This document shows, piece after piece, positions 1 to 9,665 of a DNA stretch of 24,502 bases. Made by a program: the position numbers and the translations under genes. The DNA lies in contig JAQBGU010000235.1 in assembly GCA_032128375.1 (NCBI GenBank), positions 1-24,502 of the forward strand. The letters run 5' to 3'. This stretch comes from Deltaproteobacteria bacterium. GTDB taxonomy: Bacteria; Myxococcota_A; UBA9160; SMWR01. Numbering within the stretch: the first letter of the stretch is position 1; each line of letters begins with the position of its first letter. The notes below the pieces were generated by a model that had not been told where the DNA came from, did no database searches, and saw only the letters and a program-made list of their open reading frames with translations.

Positions 1-263
1 ATTTCGAGGGCGAGATATTCACCATCGATATTCCGGCTTTTCCACTCACGACACCGCTTCGGCGAATCGAAGTATCAATTCTGGGTTCAGTACCTCACGT
101 CCACAGCACGAGCAACCCGCGGGCCCTCGAGCCGCTCTAGCGCAACATAGAAATAACGCCGAGGACGCGCGACCGCAGACTCGCGCCCACCAGAAGCAGC
201 GAGTCAGTAGAGTGCTCAGTAGACTAGGAAAGTAGAGCGTCCAGCGACGGGCGATCCGCTTCG

Positions 264-1460
264 CTATTCGCCCAGCTCTGTACGACTGTCGTGATCTTCA
301 CTGTCGTTGTCCGTGCCCGGCTCGAAACCCTCCTCGATACTGCCGTCCAGCTCGGTCGCCGGCAATGCGGAAGTCAACCGCTTCAGGCCCTTGGCGGCGT
401 ACACCGCGTCGGCCAGATGCTCGCACGTGTCGGGCGTGTCCTTCAGAAAGCGACGGGCATTTTCGCGACCCTGGCCAATGCGTTCGTCGTTGTACGAATA
501 CCAAGAGCCGCTCTTTTCGACGATGCCCTCATCGACACCGAGATCGAGCAGATCCCCTTCCATCGATATCCCCTCGTCGTAAAGGATGTCGAATTCGGCC
601 TGTCGAAACGGCGGGGCGACCTTGTTCTTCACCACCTTCACACGAGTTCGGTTGCCAACGACTGTGTCTCCGTCTTTCAGTGCTGCAATTCGCCGAATAT
701 CGAGGCGCAGCGAGGAATAGAACTTCAGCGCATTGCCACCGCTGGTCGTCTCCGGGTTGCCAAACATCACGCCGATCTTCATCCGAATCTGGTTGATGAA
801 GATCACAGTCGCATTGGATTTTGAGACGGTTCCGGTGAGCTTCCTCAGTGCCTGGCTCATCAGACGCGCTTGTAGACCTACGTGGTGGTCCCCCATTTCG
901 CCTTCGATTTCGGCTCGAGGGACCAACGCTGCAACGGAGTCGACGACAACGAGGTCGATCGCTCCCGAGCGCAACAAGACATCAACGATCTCGAGTGCCT
1001 GTTCTCCGGTGTCGGGTTGGGAGACCAGCAAATCCTCGACATGCACGCCTAGCTTGCGTGCGTACCCGATGTCGAGTGCATGCTCGGCATCGATGAACGC
1101 CGCCACGCCGCCGCTTCTCTGTACCTCGGCCACCGCGTGCAGGGTCAGCGTGGTCTTGCCGCTGGACTCCGGGCCAAAAATTTCGACGACGCGCCCCCGC
1201 GGATAGCCACCAATGCCCAAAGCAAGGTCAAGACTCGGTGAACCGGACGAGAAGAACTGCACTTCGCGGTCGACACCGTCTGCACCCATCTTGAGGATTG
1301 CTCCTTTGCCGAACTGCTTTTCGATTGTGGAAACCGCGAGCTCGATCGCGCGCTCTTTGTGACTGCCCGAATCGCCCGAACCGACCGGACTCACGTTCGA
1401 GCCCAGCTTCGAGTCTGAACTGGACTTCGAACCGCGTCCCTTCTTCGAATTGAGTGCCAT
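264..1460 (-). CDS. recA: Recombinase RecA
   Basis: Walker [60 protein letters not shown]; acidic C-tail; GGAGG SD upstream of the ATG. Confidence 0.99.
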   Translation of the reverse strand: MALNSKKGRGSKSSSDSKLGSNVSPVGSGDSGSHKERAIELAVSTIEKQFGKGAILKMGADGVDREVQFFSSGSPSLDLALGIGGYPRGRVVEIFGPESSGKTTLTLHAVAEVQRSGGVAAFIDAEHALDIGYARKLGVHVEDLLVSQPDTGEQALEIVDVLLRSGAIDLVVVDSVAALVPRAEIEGEMGDHHVGLQARLMSQALRKLTGTVSKSNATVIFINQIRMKIGVMFGNPETTSGGNALKFYSSLRLDIRRIAALKDGDTVVGNRTRVKVVKNKVAPPFRQAEFDILYDEGISMEGDLLDLGVDEGIVEKSGSWYSYNDERIGQGRENARRFLKDTPDTCEHLADAVYAAKGLKRLTSALPATELDGSIEEGFEPGTDNDSEDHDSRTELGE

Positions 1461-1550
1461 GTTTCACATCCTCCAGCTATCGCGTCTAGCGCGTTCGCGT
1501 TTATCGCGTTTGGGATCGGGAGATCCGTTTGTGTGGGTTCATTAACCTGC

Positions 1551-1592
1551 CTGCTTCCAGCTTCCTGCTTCCAGCTACCAGCTACCAACTAC
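1551..1592. repeat. Six degenerate tandem heptamers (CWGCTWC-like)
   Basis: ctgcttc-cagcttc-ctgcttc-cagctac-cagctac-caactac, spanning the thpR stop codon. Confidence 0.8.
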
Positions 1593-2240
1593 CTGTCGTG
1601 ATAGAGCCGCTTGTGGATCGTCAGACGGACCTCCGATCGGGACGCGTTCGATGGGGGTGTAGTGCGCTCCGGACGGGTGTAGATCACTTTTGAACAGCAC
1701 CGCGTCCTTCACAACACAACCCTCGCCCACCGCTGTGACGTCTCCGGTCACAGCAGGAAACTTTTTCCCTCGGATCCGTCCCAACGTCAGGTGCGGGCGG
1801 AACGGCCGCGACTGCCGGGCAAAACCGGCCATTTCTACGCCTCGGTCGACGGCAGCGGCGAGTTTTCCCAGCTGTTCGCCCGGGCCGACATCCAGCACCA
1901 GGAAGCCTGGGTCGCGACGCGATGGAAACGACCGGACGCCGCCCAGCTCGAGCCGAAACGGGCGCAATGCGGCCGTCTGGTTGCGAACTCGATCGGAAAG
2001 CGATTGGATTCGTACGCGCTCGACATCGCCGATAAAGCGCAGCGTCACGTGGAACGACTCCTCGCGAATCCACCGGACCGCGTGGCCCTTCGGAGCGTAT
2101 TGCAATGCGCACACAGCCCTTGTGGCTGCGTTGCGGGCGCACTCGTCGAGTTCGATCGCGAAGAAGACGCGCAGTACCTCGGAATTGGCACACTCCGAAT
2201 CAGAGTCGACGCGGACGCCCGAACTCGTCCCATCGCTCAT
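1575..2240 (-). CDS. thpR: RNA 2',3'-cyclic phosphodiesterase (2H phosphoesterase, 2'-5' RNA ligase family)
   Basis: RVFFAI, two HxT motifs (FHVTLRF, PHLTLGR), LFKSDL..GAHY; start placed at ATG 2240, which overlaps the cinA TGA (ATGA). Confidence 0.93.
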   Translation of the reverse strand: MSDGTSSGVRVDSDSECANSEVLRVFFAIELDECARNAATRAVCALQYAPKGHAVRWIREESFHVTLRFIGDVERVRIQSLSDRVRNQTAALRPFRLELGGVRSFPSRRDPGFLVLDVGPGEQLGKLAAAVDRGVEMAGFARQSRPFRPHLTLGRIRGKKFPAVTGDVTAVGEGCVVKDAVLFKSDLHPSGAHYTPIERVPIGGPSDDPQAALSRQVVGSW

Positions 2241-3559
2241 TGGGATTTCTCCGTCGGGCGCCCAACCGCTTGGCTCGGAAGCGGGCGCCGCAACAGAGTC
2301 GGTCCCACCAATTCTGCGTCGATCATCGCGCGTCGTACCCAATCGAGCGCCACCTGTGCGGTGAGCTGCCGGTGACGGGTCCGATCGAGCGGGAACACGA
2401 ACGACTCAGCGTGGGTTTGCCCCGCTCTCGCGAGTGCCACATGAACCAACCCGACCGGCTTGCCATCGCTACCACCAGCGGGGCCAGAGATGCCGGTAGT
2501 GGCCACTCCGATGTCCGCCCCCAGCCGCTCGCGCACACCCTCGGCCATCAGCCGAACGACGGCGTCCGACACCGCTCCGTGTTCAGAGAGTACGGACTCG
2601 GGAACCCCGAGCAGCTCTGTCTTGGCCGAGTTCGCGTAGGCAACCACACCGCCGAGGAAATAGGCCGACGAGCCCTCATTGTCGGTGATTTTCTCGGCGA
2701 TCAAGCCACCCGTGCAGGACTCTGCGACCGCGATCGTCATTCCGCGCTCGGTGAGCAATTGGCCGACCACTGCGTCCAGCGTCACGTCGCCTTCAGCATA
2801 GACGAGCGGGCCCAAACGCTCTCGGATGGCATCGCAGACGCGATCGAGTTCGGCTTCCGCCTCCTGCGCGGTGGCCGCCCTAGCGAGCGGTCGCAGAAAA
2901 TTGTCGGGAAACGAGGTGCGAAAGCCGAGCGTGACACTCCCCGACGTTGCGACATCCTTCAATTCGTGATCGAGTGTCGACTCTCCCATTCCGAACGTCC
3001 GGAGTAGCCGAGCGCGAACCACTCCAGCGACCTGAAATTTCTCGGCGATTCGCGGCAGAACCTGCTCGTCCATCATCCGATACAGCTCGCGAGGCACGCC
3101 CGGCATGCAGAAGAATCGCGTTGCACCGGCCTTGATCGAGAAGCCCGGCGCGGTTCCGATCGGGTTGGCCAGGATTTCGGCACCCTGTGGAAAGTGCGCT
3201 TGCTTGGCGTTGTTTTCTGACATCTCACGGCCAACCGAGTGGAAAAATGCGCGAATGCCTTCGTGCGCCCCGTCGTCCAGGACCAATTCGCGGCCGAACG
3301 CTGCAGCGAGAACCTCGGTCGTCAGATCGTCGCGCGTGGGACCGAGACCTCCGGACACGAGCGTGACGTCACTGCGCGCGGCGGCGCGTCGAAACGCGTC
3401 GGTCATGTCCTCCGGGTCGTCCCGTACCGACGTATGGAAGTGAGTCTCGATATCCAGGGCGAGCAGCCGGTCCGACAAGAACGACTTGTTGGAATCCACG
3501 ATCTCACCGCGCAAGAGTTCGTCGCCAATGGTCAGAATCTCCGCTTTCACGGTCGTCAC
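2237..3559 (-). CDS. cinA: Competence/damage-inducible protein CinA (MoCF-like domain plus PncC NMN deamidase domain)
   Basis: AEILTIGDELLRG, SGGLGPTRDDLT, PGVPRE, AVAESCTGG, TTGISGP; start placed at GTG 3559, which overlaps the pgpA TGA (alternative GTG at 3550). Confidence 0.95.
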   Translation of the reverse strand: MTTVKAEILTIGDELLRGEIVDSNKSFLSDRLLALDIETHFHTSVRDDPEDMTDAFRRAAARSDVTLVSGGLGPTRDDLTTEVLAAAFGRELVLDDGAHEGIRAFFHSVGREMSENNAKQAHFPQGAEILANPIGTAPGFSIKAGATRFFCMPGVPRELYRMMDEQVLPRIAEKFQVAGVVRARLLRTFGMGESTLDHELKDVATSGSVTLGFRTSFPDNFLRPLARAATAQEAEAELDRVCDAIRERLGPLVYAEGDVTLDAVVGQLLTERGMTIAVAESCTGGLIAEKITDNEGSSAYFLGGVVAYANSAKTELLGVPESVLSEHGAVSDAVVRLMAEGVRERLGADIGVATTGISGPAGGSDGKPVGLVHVALARAGQTHAESFVFPLDRTRHRQLTAQVALDWVRRAMIDAELVGPTLLRRPLPSQAVGRPTEKSQ

Positions 3560-4101
3560 AACGAAGATCCGGCAACGAGCAGTGCAATCGGTATCAACAC
3601 GATTGCGCCGAGGACTCCGGCAACAACGTCGTCGAGCATCACTCCCGCCCCACCGGCGAAGTTTTTTTCGGCCCACAACACAGGACCCGGCTTCCAGATA
3701 TCGAGCAGACGAAACGCTACGAAACCAGCGGCGAGCAATGGCAGCGACCGCGCGACTCCGGCGCCGGCGATGACCAGCAGTGGAGATAACGCAATCAGCT
3801 GTCCGACCACCTCGTCGATCACGATGCGCCCGTCATCGTGTTGGCCAAAAGCATGCTCGGCGTGCTCAGCAGCCCAGATCCCAAGAGCCAACACCCCCAG
3901 CACGGTGATCGCGAACAGCGCTGGGTGCAGACCCGATAGCGGTATGTAGAGAAGTACCCCGACCGCCGAACCGAAGCTTCCGGGCGCCACCGGTGCGTAA
4001 CCGGCACCAGCGGCGGTCGCGACTCCGAGCACGAGAAGCCGCGGAGGACCGCTGTAGGGGCCATCGGGTATCTTCGGGTTTTCTCTAATTATTTCAGCCA
4101 T
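3556..4101 (-). CDS. pgpA: Phosphatidylglycerophosphatase A
   Basis: GYAPVAPGSFGS, DDGRIVIDEVVG, FRLLDIWKPGP, GVMLDDVVAG; several TM segments. Confidence 0.95.
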   Translation of the reverse strand: MAEIIRENPKIPDGPYSGPPRLLVLGVATAAGAGYAPVAPGSFGSAVGVLLYIPLSGLHPALFAITVLGVLALGIWAAEHAEHAFGQHDDGRIVIDEVVGQLIALSPLLVIAGAGVARSLPLLAAGFVAFRLLDIWKPGPVLWAEKNFAGGAGVMLDDVVAGVLGAIVLIPIALLVAGSSL

Positions 4102-4237
4102 TTAGGAGATCAGCCGGGCTCGGAAGCGACTTCGCTTTTCGGTCGCGTCGCGGACTATTTGCGGGCTGCTTGTTCGCGGCTGGAGGACCGCGCTAGAGAT
4201 CTGGCACCGCGACTTGGAGGGGCGCGCACCGGAGATC

Positions 4238-4267
4238 AGAGTACCCCCGGCGCGCTCGGCGAGTCAA
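4238..4267 (-). promoter_or_regulatory. Putative sigma70 promoter for the pgpA-cinA-thpR-recA operon
   Basis: Minus strand TTGACT-N18-TACTCT in the divergent pgpA/ruvX spacer. Confidence 0.5.
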
Positions 4268-4343
4268 CGATTTGGAAGCGAAAAAAACGTGAAAGTCGGC
4301 GTCTGCGAAAAATGGTCTAGATTTCGCCTGATGAGTCGCACAA

Positions 4344-4790
4344 ATGGATAACTCGGGGCCGATTCTCGGAATCGATCTCGGCAGCAAACGAATAGGCCTG
4401 GCCATTTCGGACTCTGACGGGAGTATCGCATTCCCGGCGGGAAACCTCGCGACCCGGGGACATGTGCGGGACTTGAAGGCAATAGCTGAGATGATCCGAG
4501 AACGCGGAGTCACGCGCGTGGTCGTTGGCTTGCCGATACACCTCTCTGGGCGACCCAGTACGGGCTCCGAGGCCGCTCGCAGGTTCGCCGGCGATCTCGC
4601 GCGCAGGACCGGACTTCCCGTTGACCTGCAGGACGAACGCTGGACGACCCGCGCGGCGGAGCTGTCCCTGGGCGAGTCGAAGCAAGGACGAAAGCGGCGG
4701 GCAGTGGCCGTTGATTCAGTCGCTGCGACGCTGCTCCTTCGCACCTATCTGGAGCGAAGAGTCAGCGAGGTGGACGCCGAATCCCGATGA
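4344..4790 (+). CDS. ruvX: RuvX/YqgF pre-16S rRNA processing nuclease (Holliday junction resolvase-like)
   Basis: ILGIDLGSKRIGLAISD, VVVGLP, DERWTT, VDSVAATLLL. Confidence 0.96.
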   Translation: MDNSGPILGIDLGSKRIGLAISDSDGSIAFPAGNLATRGHVRDLKAIAEMIRERGVTRVVVGLPIHLSGRPSTGSEAARRFAGDLARRTGLPVDLQDERWTTRAAELSLGESKQGRKRRAVAVDSVAATLLLRTYLERRVSEVDAESR

Positions 4791-5797
4791 GCCGAGCGGC
4801 ACGTTTGACCTTGCTTCTTGTGACTGTCGTGTCGCTGGCTGTCGCCGCTGCCGGCGGCGCTGTTGTGCGTTGGTCGCTGGCACCCATCGTTGCGGATGGA
4901 CCGGTATCGCTGTTTCGTGTCGAGCGGGGGGCGAGTCTCGGCGGCGTCGCGCAGAACCTCGAGGCGCGGGGCCTTGTGCGCAGTGCGTTGTCGTTTAGCC
5001 TGCTGGCGCGCTATCGCAAACTGGCAGGCGAACTTCGGGTGGGCGAGTACTGGCTGTCGGCATCGTTTTCGGCCGAAGAAACGCTGGACCGGATCGTTAG
5101 CGGCCGGGTCGCAACCTTCGCCGTCTCGCTGCCGGAAGGACTAACGGCGGTCCAAGTGGGCGAGCGCTTGGCGGCGGAGGGCCTGACGGACGCAGTCGCG
5201 TTCCATGCAGCTGTCACGGCGCCACAGACGGCGGCCGCTCTAGGCGTGGAGGGCGAAACGCTCGAAGGATACCTGTTCCCAGAAACCTACCAGCTCCCCC
5301 ACGGCCTATCAGCCGACGAGCTGGCGAAGGTACTGGTCGATCAATTCCTGATCGTCTGGCGGGAAATCGAGCCGCAGGCACGAGCGCAGAAGCTCTCGAT
5401 GCGCGAAGTCGTCACGCTGGCATCGATCGTAGAAAAGGAAACCGCGGCGACCGTGGAGCGCCCGCAGATCGCGGCGGTATTTCGAAACCGGCTGCAACGA
5501 GGCATGCGACTCGAGACCGACCCGACGGTGATCTACGGCATCTCGGACTTCGATGGGAACCTGCGCCGGCGAGACCTCGAAGATACCTCTAATCCCTACA
5601 ACACCTACGTGATCGCGGGCTTGCCGCCGGGCCCAATCGCGAATCCGGGCGCCGACGCCCTGCGCGCCGTGGTCAATCCCGACGCTACCGACTATCTCTT
5701 CTTCGTATCGAAGAACAACGGAACGCATGCGTTCTCGAAGACCTACCGAGAACACCTGCTTGCGGTCGACCAGTATCAACGGAGGCGAACAAGGTGA
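4787..5797 (+). CDS. mltG: Endolytic transglycosylase MltG (YceG family)
   Basis: N-terminal TM anchor, LEGYLFPETY, LASIVEKET (catalytic Glu), LETDPTVIY, NPYNTY, GLPPGPIANPG; ATGA overlap with ruvX. Confidence 0.96.
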   Translation: MSRAARLTLLLVTVVSLAVAAAGGAVVRWSLAPIVADGPVSLFRVERGASLGGVAQNLEARGLVRSALSFSLLARYRKLAGELRVGEYWLSASFSAEETLDRIVSGRVATFAVSLPEGLTAVQVGERLAAEGLTDAVAFHAAVTAPQTAAALGVEGETLEGYLFPETYQLPHGLSADELAKVLVDQFLIVWREIEPQARAQKLSMREVVTLASIVEKETAATVERPQIAAVFRNRLQRGMRLETDPTVIYGISDFDGNLRRRDLEDTSNPYNTYVIAGLPPGPIANPGADALRAVVNPDATDYLFFVSKNNGTHAFSKTYREHLLAVDQYQRRRTR

Positions 5798-6408
5798 GCA
5801 TCCCCGACCCCAACGACTTTTACACCAGGCAGATTCCAGCACAGTGGAACCGGATGCTGGATGCACAGCAGGCGCTAGGCGAAGAGGGGCGCAGCATCTT
5901 CGAAGGCATGATCGCCGTCGACGCCACCATTCGGATCGATATCGTCGATGAAGGCGATAGCTATTTCATGAACATCGACGCGGGCCGCATGAGTTCCGGA
6001 GACAAGGCTGCCCATCCGCCCTTTCTCACGCTGGTCCAGAGCCTCGCCGCCTACGAACGCCTTGCTGCCGAAGCCGGCGACTCCGCGATGGCGCTGCTCG
6101 GCGGGCTGTCGGGACTCGCTGGGGAGATGAAGCTCACCCAACAACGCATCGACAACCTCAGTGACGTCAAGGGGTTACTCCGGTTCATCGTGACTGGTGA
6201 AGGCGGCTTCCAATTGCTGACACAGTTTGGTACCGATCCCATCCCCGACGAGCCGGCGACAACGATTTCGATCGACGCGGACGCCTACCGCGACCTCCGC
6301 AGCGGCGAACTGAACCCCCAAGACGCATTCATGAACGGGCGGATCAAGGTCGAAGGCGACATGCAAATGGCCATGCAGTTGGCATTGGCAGCAATTTCGC
6401 CTGATTGA
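5794..6408 (+). CDS. SCP2 sterol/lipid-binding domain protein, possibly with tandem SCP2 folds
   Basis: C-terminal LRSGELNPQDAFMNGRIKVEGDMQMAMQL is typical of SCP2; GTGA overlap with the mltG stop. Confidence 0.8.
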   Translation: MSIPDPNDFYTRQIPAQWNRMLDAQQALGEEGRSIFEGMIAVDATIRIDIVDEGDSYFMNIDAGRMSSGDKAAHPPFLTLVQSLAAYERLAAEAGDSAMALLGGLSGLAGEMKLTQQRIDNLSDVKGLLRFIVTGEGGFQLLTQFGTDPIPDEPATTISIDADAYRDLRSGELNPQDAFMNGRIKVEGDMQMAMQLALAAISPD

Positions 6409-6552
6409 CCGGCAGTCGATTCCACGCAGATTCGAAACCCAAGCGCCATTGGCGCGACCCCTCCGAACAGCGGCCAGTGTGTAGTTCGCTGCTGCGTGAC
6501 TATCAATCGCATGGATTTGTCGCGGTATTGGACGCCAGCTGATTGTGTCGTC

Positions 6553-7590
6553 TCAGGCGAGCGCGATGCTCTTCAGTAGCGCCATATCGTCGAGTGCTTT
6601 GCCGGCACCATGGACGACCGCGGTAAAGGGATCTTCGCTGCGCAGGATCGGGAGCTTCGTTTCCTGTCGCAGAACGACGTCGAGGTCACGCAACATCGAA
6701 CCACCACCAACCAGCATGATCCCGCGATCAACGATGTCTGCCGCCAGTTCAGGCGGGGTCTTTTCGAGCGTGAGATGGACGGTTTCGACAATTGCATGAA
6801 TCGTCTCGACCAGCGCCTCGCGAATCTCGTCACTCGATGCTGTGACGACTTTCGGGATCCCGGCCACCAGATCGCGCCCCTTGACGTCCATCACTTCCGT
6901 CTTGCCCTCGTGAGAGGCGGTCGCGATCGTCAGTTTCACCTGCTCGGCGGTGCGCTCACCAATGAGCATGTTGTACTTTCGCTTCACGTAGTTGATGATC
7001 GCTTCATCCATCGTGTCGCCGCCCGTTCGGATCGAACGAGAGGTCACGATGCCGGACAACGAGATCACGGCAACGTCTGTCGTTCCGCCGCCGATATCTA
7101 CGACCATGTTTCCCGTGGGCGCGGTCACGTCGAGGCCCGCACCCAACGCAGCGGCCATGGGTTCTTCGATCAGATAAACCTCGCGAGCTCCCGCCGACAG
7201 CGCAGATTCACGTACGGCGCGTTTTTCGACACTCGTGATGCACGGAGGCACGCAGATAACGATCCGGGGTCGCACCAGTTTGCCGCGATTGTGGGCGCGC
7301 TGGATGAAATATCGGAGCATGGCTTCGGTGATTTCGAAGTCAGCGATCACGCCGTCCTTGATCGGACGAATCGCGCGAATGTCCCCCGGTGTGCGCCCCA
7401 ACATCTCCTTGGCTTCGTGGCCAACTGCAAGTACCCGCTCACCGCGCCCGCTTGGGTCCCTGGTGACAGCTACGACACTTGGTTCGGAACACACCAGGCC
7501 CTTCCCCTTGACGTAGACCAGCGTGTTCGCTGTGCCGAGGTCGATGGCAAGGTCGTGTGAGAAGAATCCGGCGAAGAGGTCAGTGATCAT
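6553..7590 (-). CDS. mreB: Rod shape-determining actin homolog MreB
   Basis: DLAIDLGTANT, EPSVVA, RPIKDGVIADF, IEEPMAAA, VDIGGGTT, TPPELAADI; N-terminal amphipathic helix typical of diderm MreB. Confidence 0.98.
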   Translation of the reverse strand: MITDLFAGFFSHDLAIDLGTANTLVYVKGKGLVCSEPSVVAVTRDPSGRGERVLAVGHEAKEMLGRTPGDIRAIRPIKDGVIADFEITEAMLRYFIQRAHNRGKLVRPRIVICVPPCITSVEKRAVRESALSAGAREVYLIEEPMAAALGAGLDVTAPTGNMVVDIGGGTTDVAVISLSGIVTSRSIRTGGDTMDEAIINYVKRKYNMLIGERTAEQVKLTIATASHEGKTEVMDVKGRDLVAGIPKVVTASSDEIREALVETIHAIVETVHLTLEKTPPELAADIVDRGIMLVGGGSMLRDLDVVLRQETKLPILRSEDPFTAVVHGAGKALDDMALLKSIALA

Positions 7591-7818
7591 GCGAATGGAT
7601 CTCCGAAGGTGCCGTGTGCGTACACAGAACCCGCATGGGGTTTGTCAGCGTTATCGGCAGCAGGCGGCAGAAATTGAGCGAAACGTCCGCAGAGCAAGCG
7701 AATTCAGAGCGTGCTGCGACAAAAATGCATGCGCAGCTCGCGCGCAGTGGAACCGGTGAACTTTCCAGGATCGCGGCGCAAACGGGTTCGGGTGGATGGA
7801 GAGCGGTCGGCGAGCCCC

Positions 7819-8157
7819 TTACCGGCTCGTGTCGGCCAGCGGATCCCTTTGGGCGAGCTCGTCGAGTTCTCTGAGCTCGGATTGAAGCTGCGCGACGGCG
7901 CCACGAATCTCGACCATGCGTCCCTGATAGGCTTCGAGCTGTGTACGCACCGTCGTGAGTTCAGCGTTCAATCCGGCGACCTCTCCGTTCAGCTGGGCGA
8001 CCTGTTGGCTCTGGTAGGCGGCCGTGAGGGCGCACACGAATACCAGCGAGGCGAGAATCCAGAACGCCAACCGGACGCCACCGCGCGGGTCGACCGGGGA
8101 TTCGGGCGTCGATGCCAGAGGATCGACTACGACGAGTCTGGGGCCGGGCCGGGTCAC
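7819..8157 (-). CDS. Hypothetical bitopic membrane protein with a C-terminal coiled coil
   Basis: 112 aa: Pro-rich N-terminus, hydrophobic LAFWILASLVFVCALTAAY, then a heptad-patterned helix; GTG start 18 bp after the pafA stop. Confidence 0.7.
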   Translation of the reverse strand: MTRPGPRLVVVDPLASTPESPVDPRGGVRLAFWILASLVFVCALTAAYQSQQVAQLNGEVAGLNAELTTVRTQLEAYQGRMVEIRGAVAQLQSELRELDELAQRDPLADTSR

Positions 8158-8175
8158 AGGATCACCGAACCAAGA

Positions 8176-9582
8176 TCATGATTGGATGACGAGTTTCGAC
8201 AGGCTCGTCTTGCGAAGGTTCGTCTTCTGGATCGTGCGAACCAGCTCAGCCACTTTCTCGATGTCGGTTTCGAAAGGGTTGTTGCATATCACACGCACGT
8301 TGAGCAGGTTTCCCAGTCGAATGTTGGACCAATCGAGGTCGTATTGGATCGAATTCTGACGCGCGAGTTTGATGAACTCCCCTCGCATCCGGGCACGCGT
8401 ATCGTGGGGCGGCTCGGTCTTCGCGGCGTCCACCTCTTCGTCGTTGAGCATGCGCTCGACTAACCCCTTGCGTTCCAGCAAGTAGTAGATCCCGCGATCA
8501 CGTCGGATGTCGTGGTATTGGAGGTCGAGCATGAAGATGCGCGGGTCACTCCACGACTTTCCCTTCGCTTCGATATAGCCCTGGATCATCTTGCGCTTGA
8601 TCAGCCAGTCGATCTGGGTGTCGAGATCGTCCGGGTTGTCGTCGAGCCGATCGAGCACATACTGCCACCACTCGACTGCCAGACGCAGCTCGTCACTGAC
8701 GGGATACTGCTCGCTGTACTTTTGAGCCATCTCGCAGTATTCGCGCTGGATCTGGATCGGAGTGTACTCGCGACCGTTGTCGAGGCGCAGCTTGCGCTTG
8801 CAAGTCGTGTCGTAGGAAATGTCCTTGATCGCTTTGACAGGATTGCGCAGCGTAAAGTCCTGATTGATGTAGTTGTCCTCGATCATCTGCAGGACGATCG
8901 CGCAGGCGCCGATCTTCAAGAAATTCGTATACTCACTCATGTTGGAGTCGCCGACGATTACATGCAGGCGTCGGTATTTCTCCCGGTCGGCGTGGGGTTC
9001 GTCTCGCGTGTTGATGATCGAGCGATCGTTGGTCGTGGTACCCGAGATTTTCTGGTAGATGTGTTGGGCACGCTGGCTCACGCAGTAGTGGACCCCGTCC
9101 TGGGTCTGAAAGACCTTGCCGGCTCCAGCGTAGATCTGGCGCGTCACCAGGAACGGAATCAATTGCTCTGCGAGGTAGTAGAAATCGACGTCTCGATCGA
9201 CTAGATAGTTCTCGTGACAGCCGTAGCTGTTGCCGACGAAATCCGTATTGTTCTTGAAGATCGACAGCTTGCCGAGAATCCGCTCCTCGCGAATCTTCTC
9301 CTCCGCGTAGTTCTGCAGATCCTCGAGGACTCGCTCACCGGCTTTGTCGTAGACGATCAGCTGACGCGGAGATGCGCACTCGGGAGTTGCGTACTCGGGA
9401 TGGCAGCCGGTGTCCTGGTAGAAGCGTGCGCCGTTTTCGAGAAATACGTTGAGAAAGTGCTCCGTCGTGATCAACTTCTCGAAGAGGAAACGGATGGCCT
9501 TCTCGACCGGCAGCGTCTTGCGGCCTTCGGGCGTAAAGATGATGCCGTACTCGGTTTCTACTCCGAAGATCCGCTTCTGCAC
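8176..9582 (-). CDS. pafA: Pup--protein ligase PafA
   Basis: RIFGVETEYG, FLENGARFYQDTGCHPEYATPEC, KNNTD..GNSYGCHENY, NTRDEPHAD, LDLQYHDI; no Dop-loop insert. Confidence 0.96.
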   Translation of the reverse strand: MQKRIFGVETEYGIIFTPEGRKTLPVEKAIRFLFEKLITTEHFLNVFLENGARFYQDTGCHPEYATPECASPRQLIVYDKAGERVLEDLQNYAEEKIREERILGKLSIFKNNTDFVGNSYGCHENYLVDRDVDFYYLAEQLIPFLVTRQIYAGAGKVFQTQDGVHYCVSQRAQHIYQKISGTTTNDRSIINTRDEPHADREKYRRLHVIVGDSNMSEYTNFLKIGACAIVLQMIEDNYINQDFTLRNPVKAIKDISYDTTCKRKLRLDNGREYTPIQIQREYCEMAQKYSEQYPVSDELRLAVEWWQYVLDRLDDNPDDLDTQIDWLIKRKMIQGYIEAKGKSWSDPRIFMLDLQYHDIRRDRGIYYLLERKGLVERMLNDEEVDAAKTEPPHDTRARMRGEFIKLARQNSIQYDLDWSNIRLGNLLNVRVICNNPFETDIEKVAELVRTIQKTNLRKTSLSKLVIQS

Positions 9583-9665
9583 AAAACCTCGTCGGCTGGC
9601 CTACATCGGCACGGCCGAACACCGAAGGAGCGACGCGCTCAATCGGTGGATCGCCGTCCAGGTGT

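Noticed and set aside
1..25. Possible start of a minus-strand gene (MVNISPSK...) running off the window edge
   Set aside because: Only 8 codons are visible, so it cannot be supported.
1536..1547. GGTT-CATT-AACC palindrome upstream of recA as a LexA box
   Set aside because: Only 4-bp arms, and it does not match any LexA consensus I know with correct spacing.
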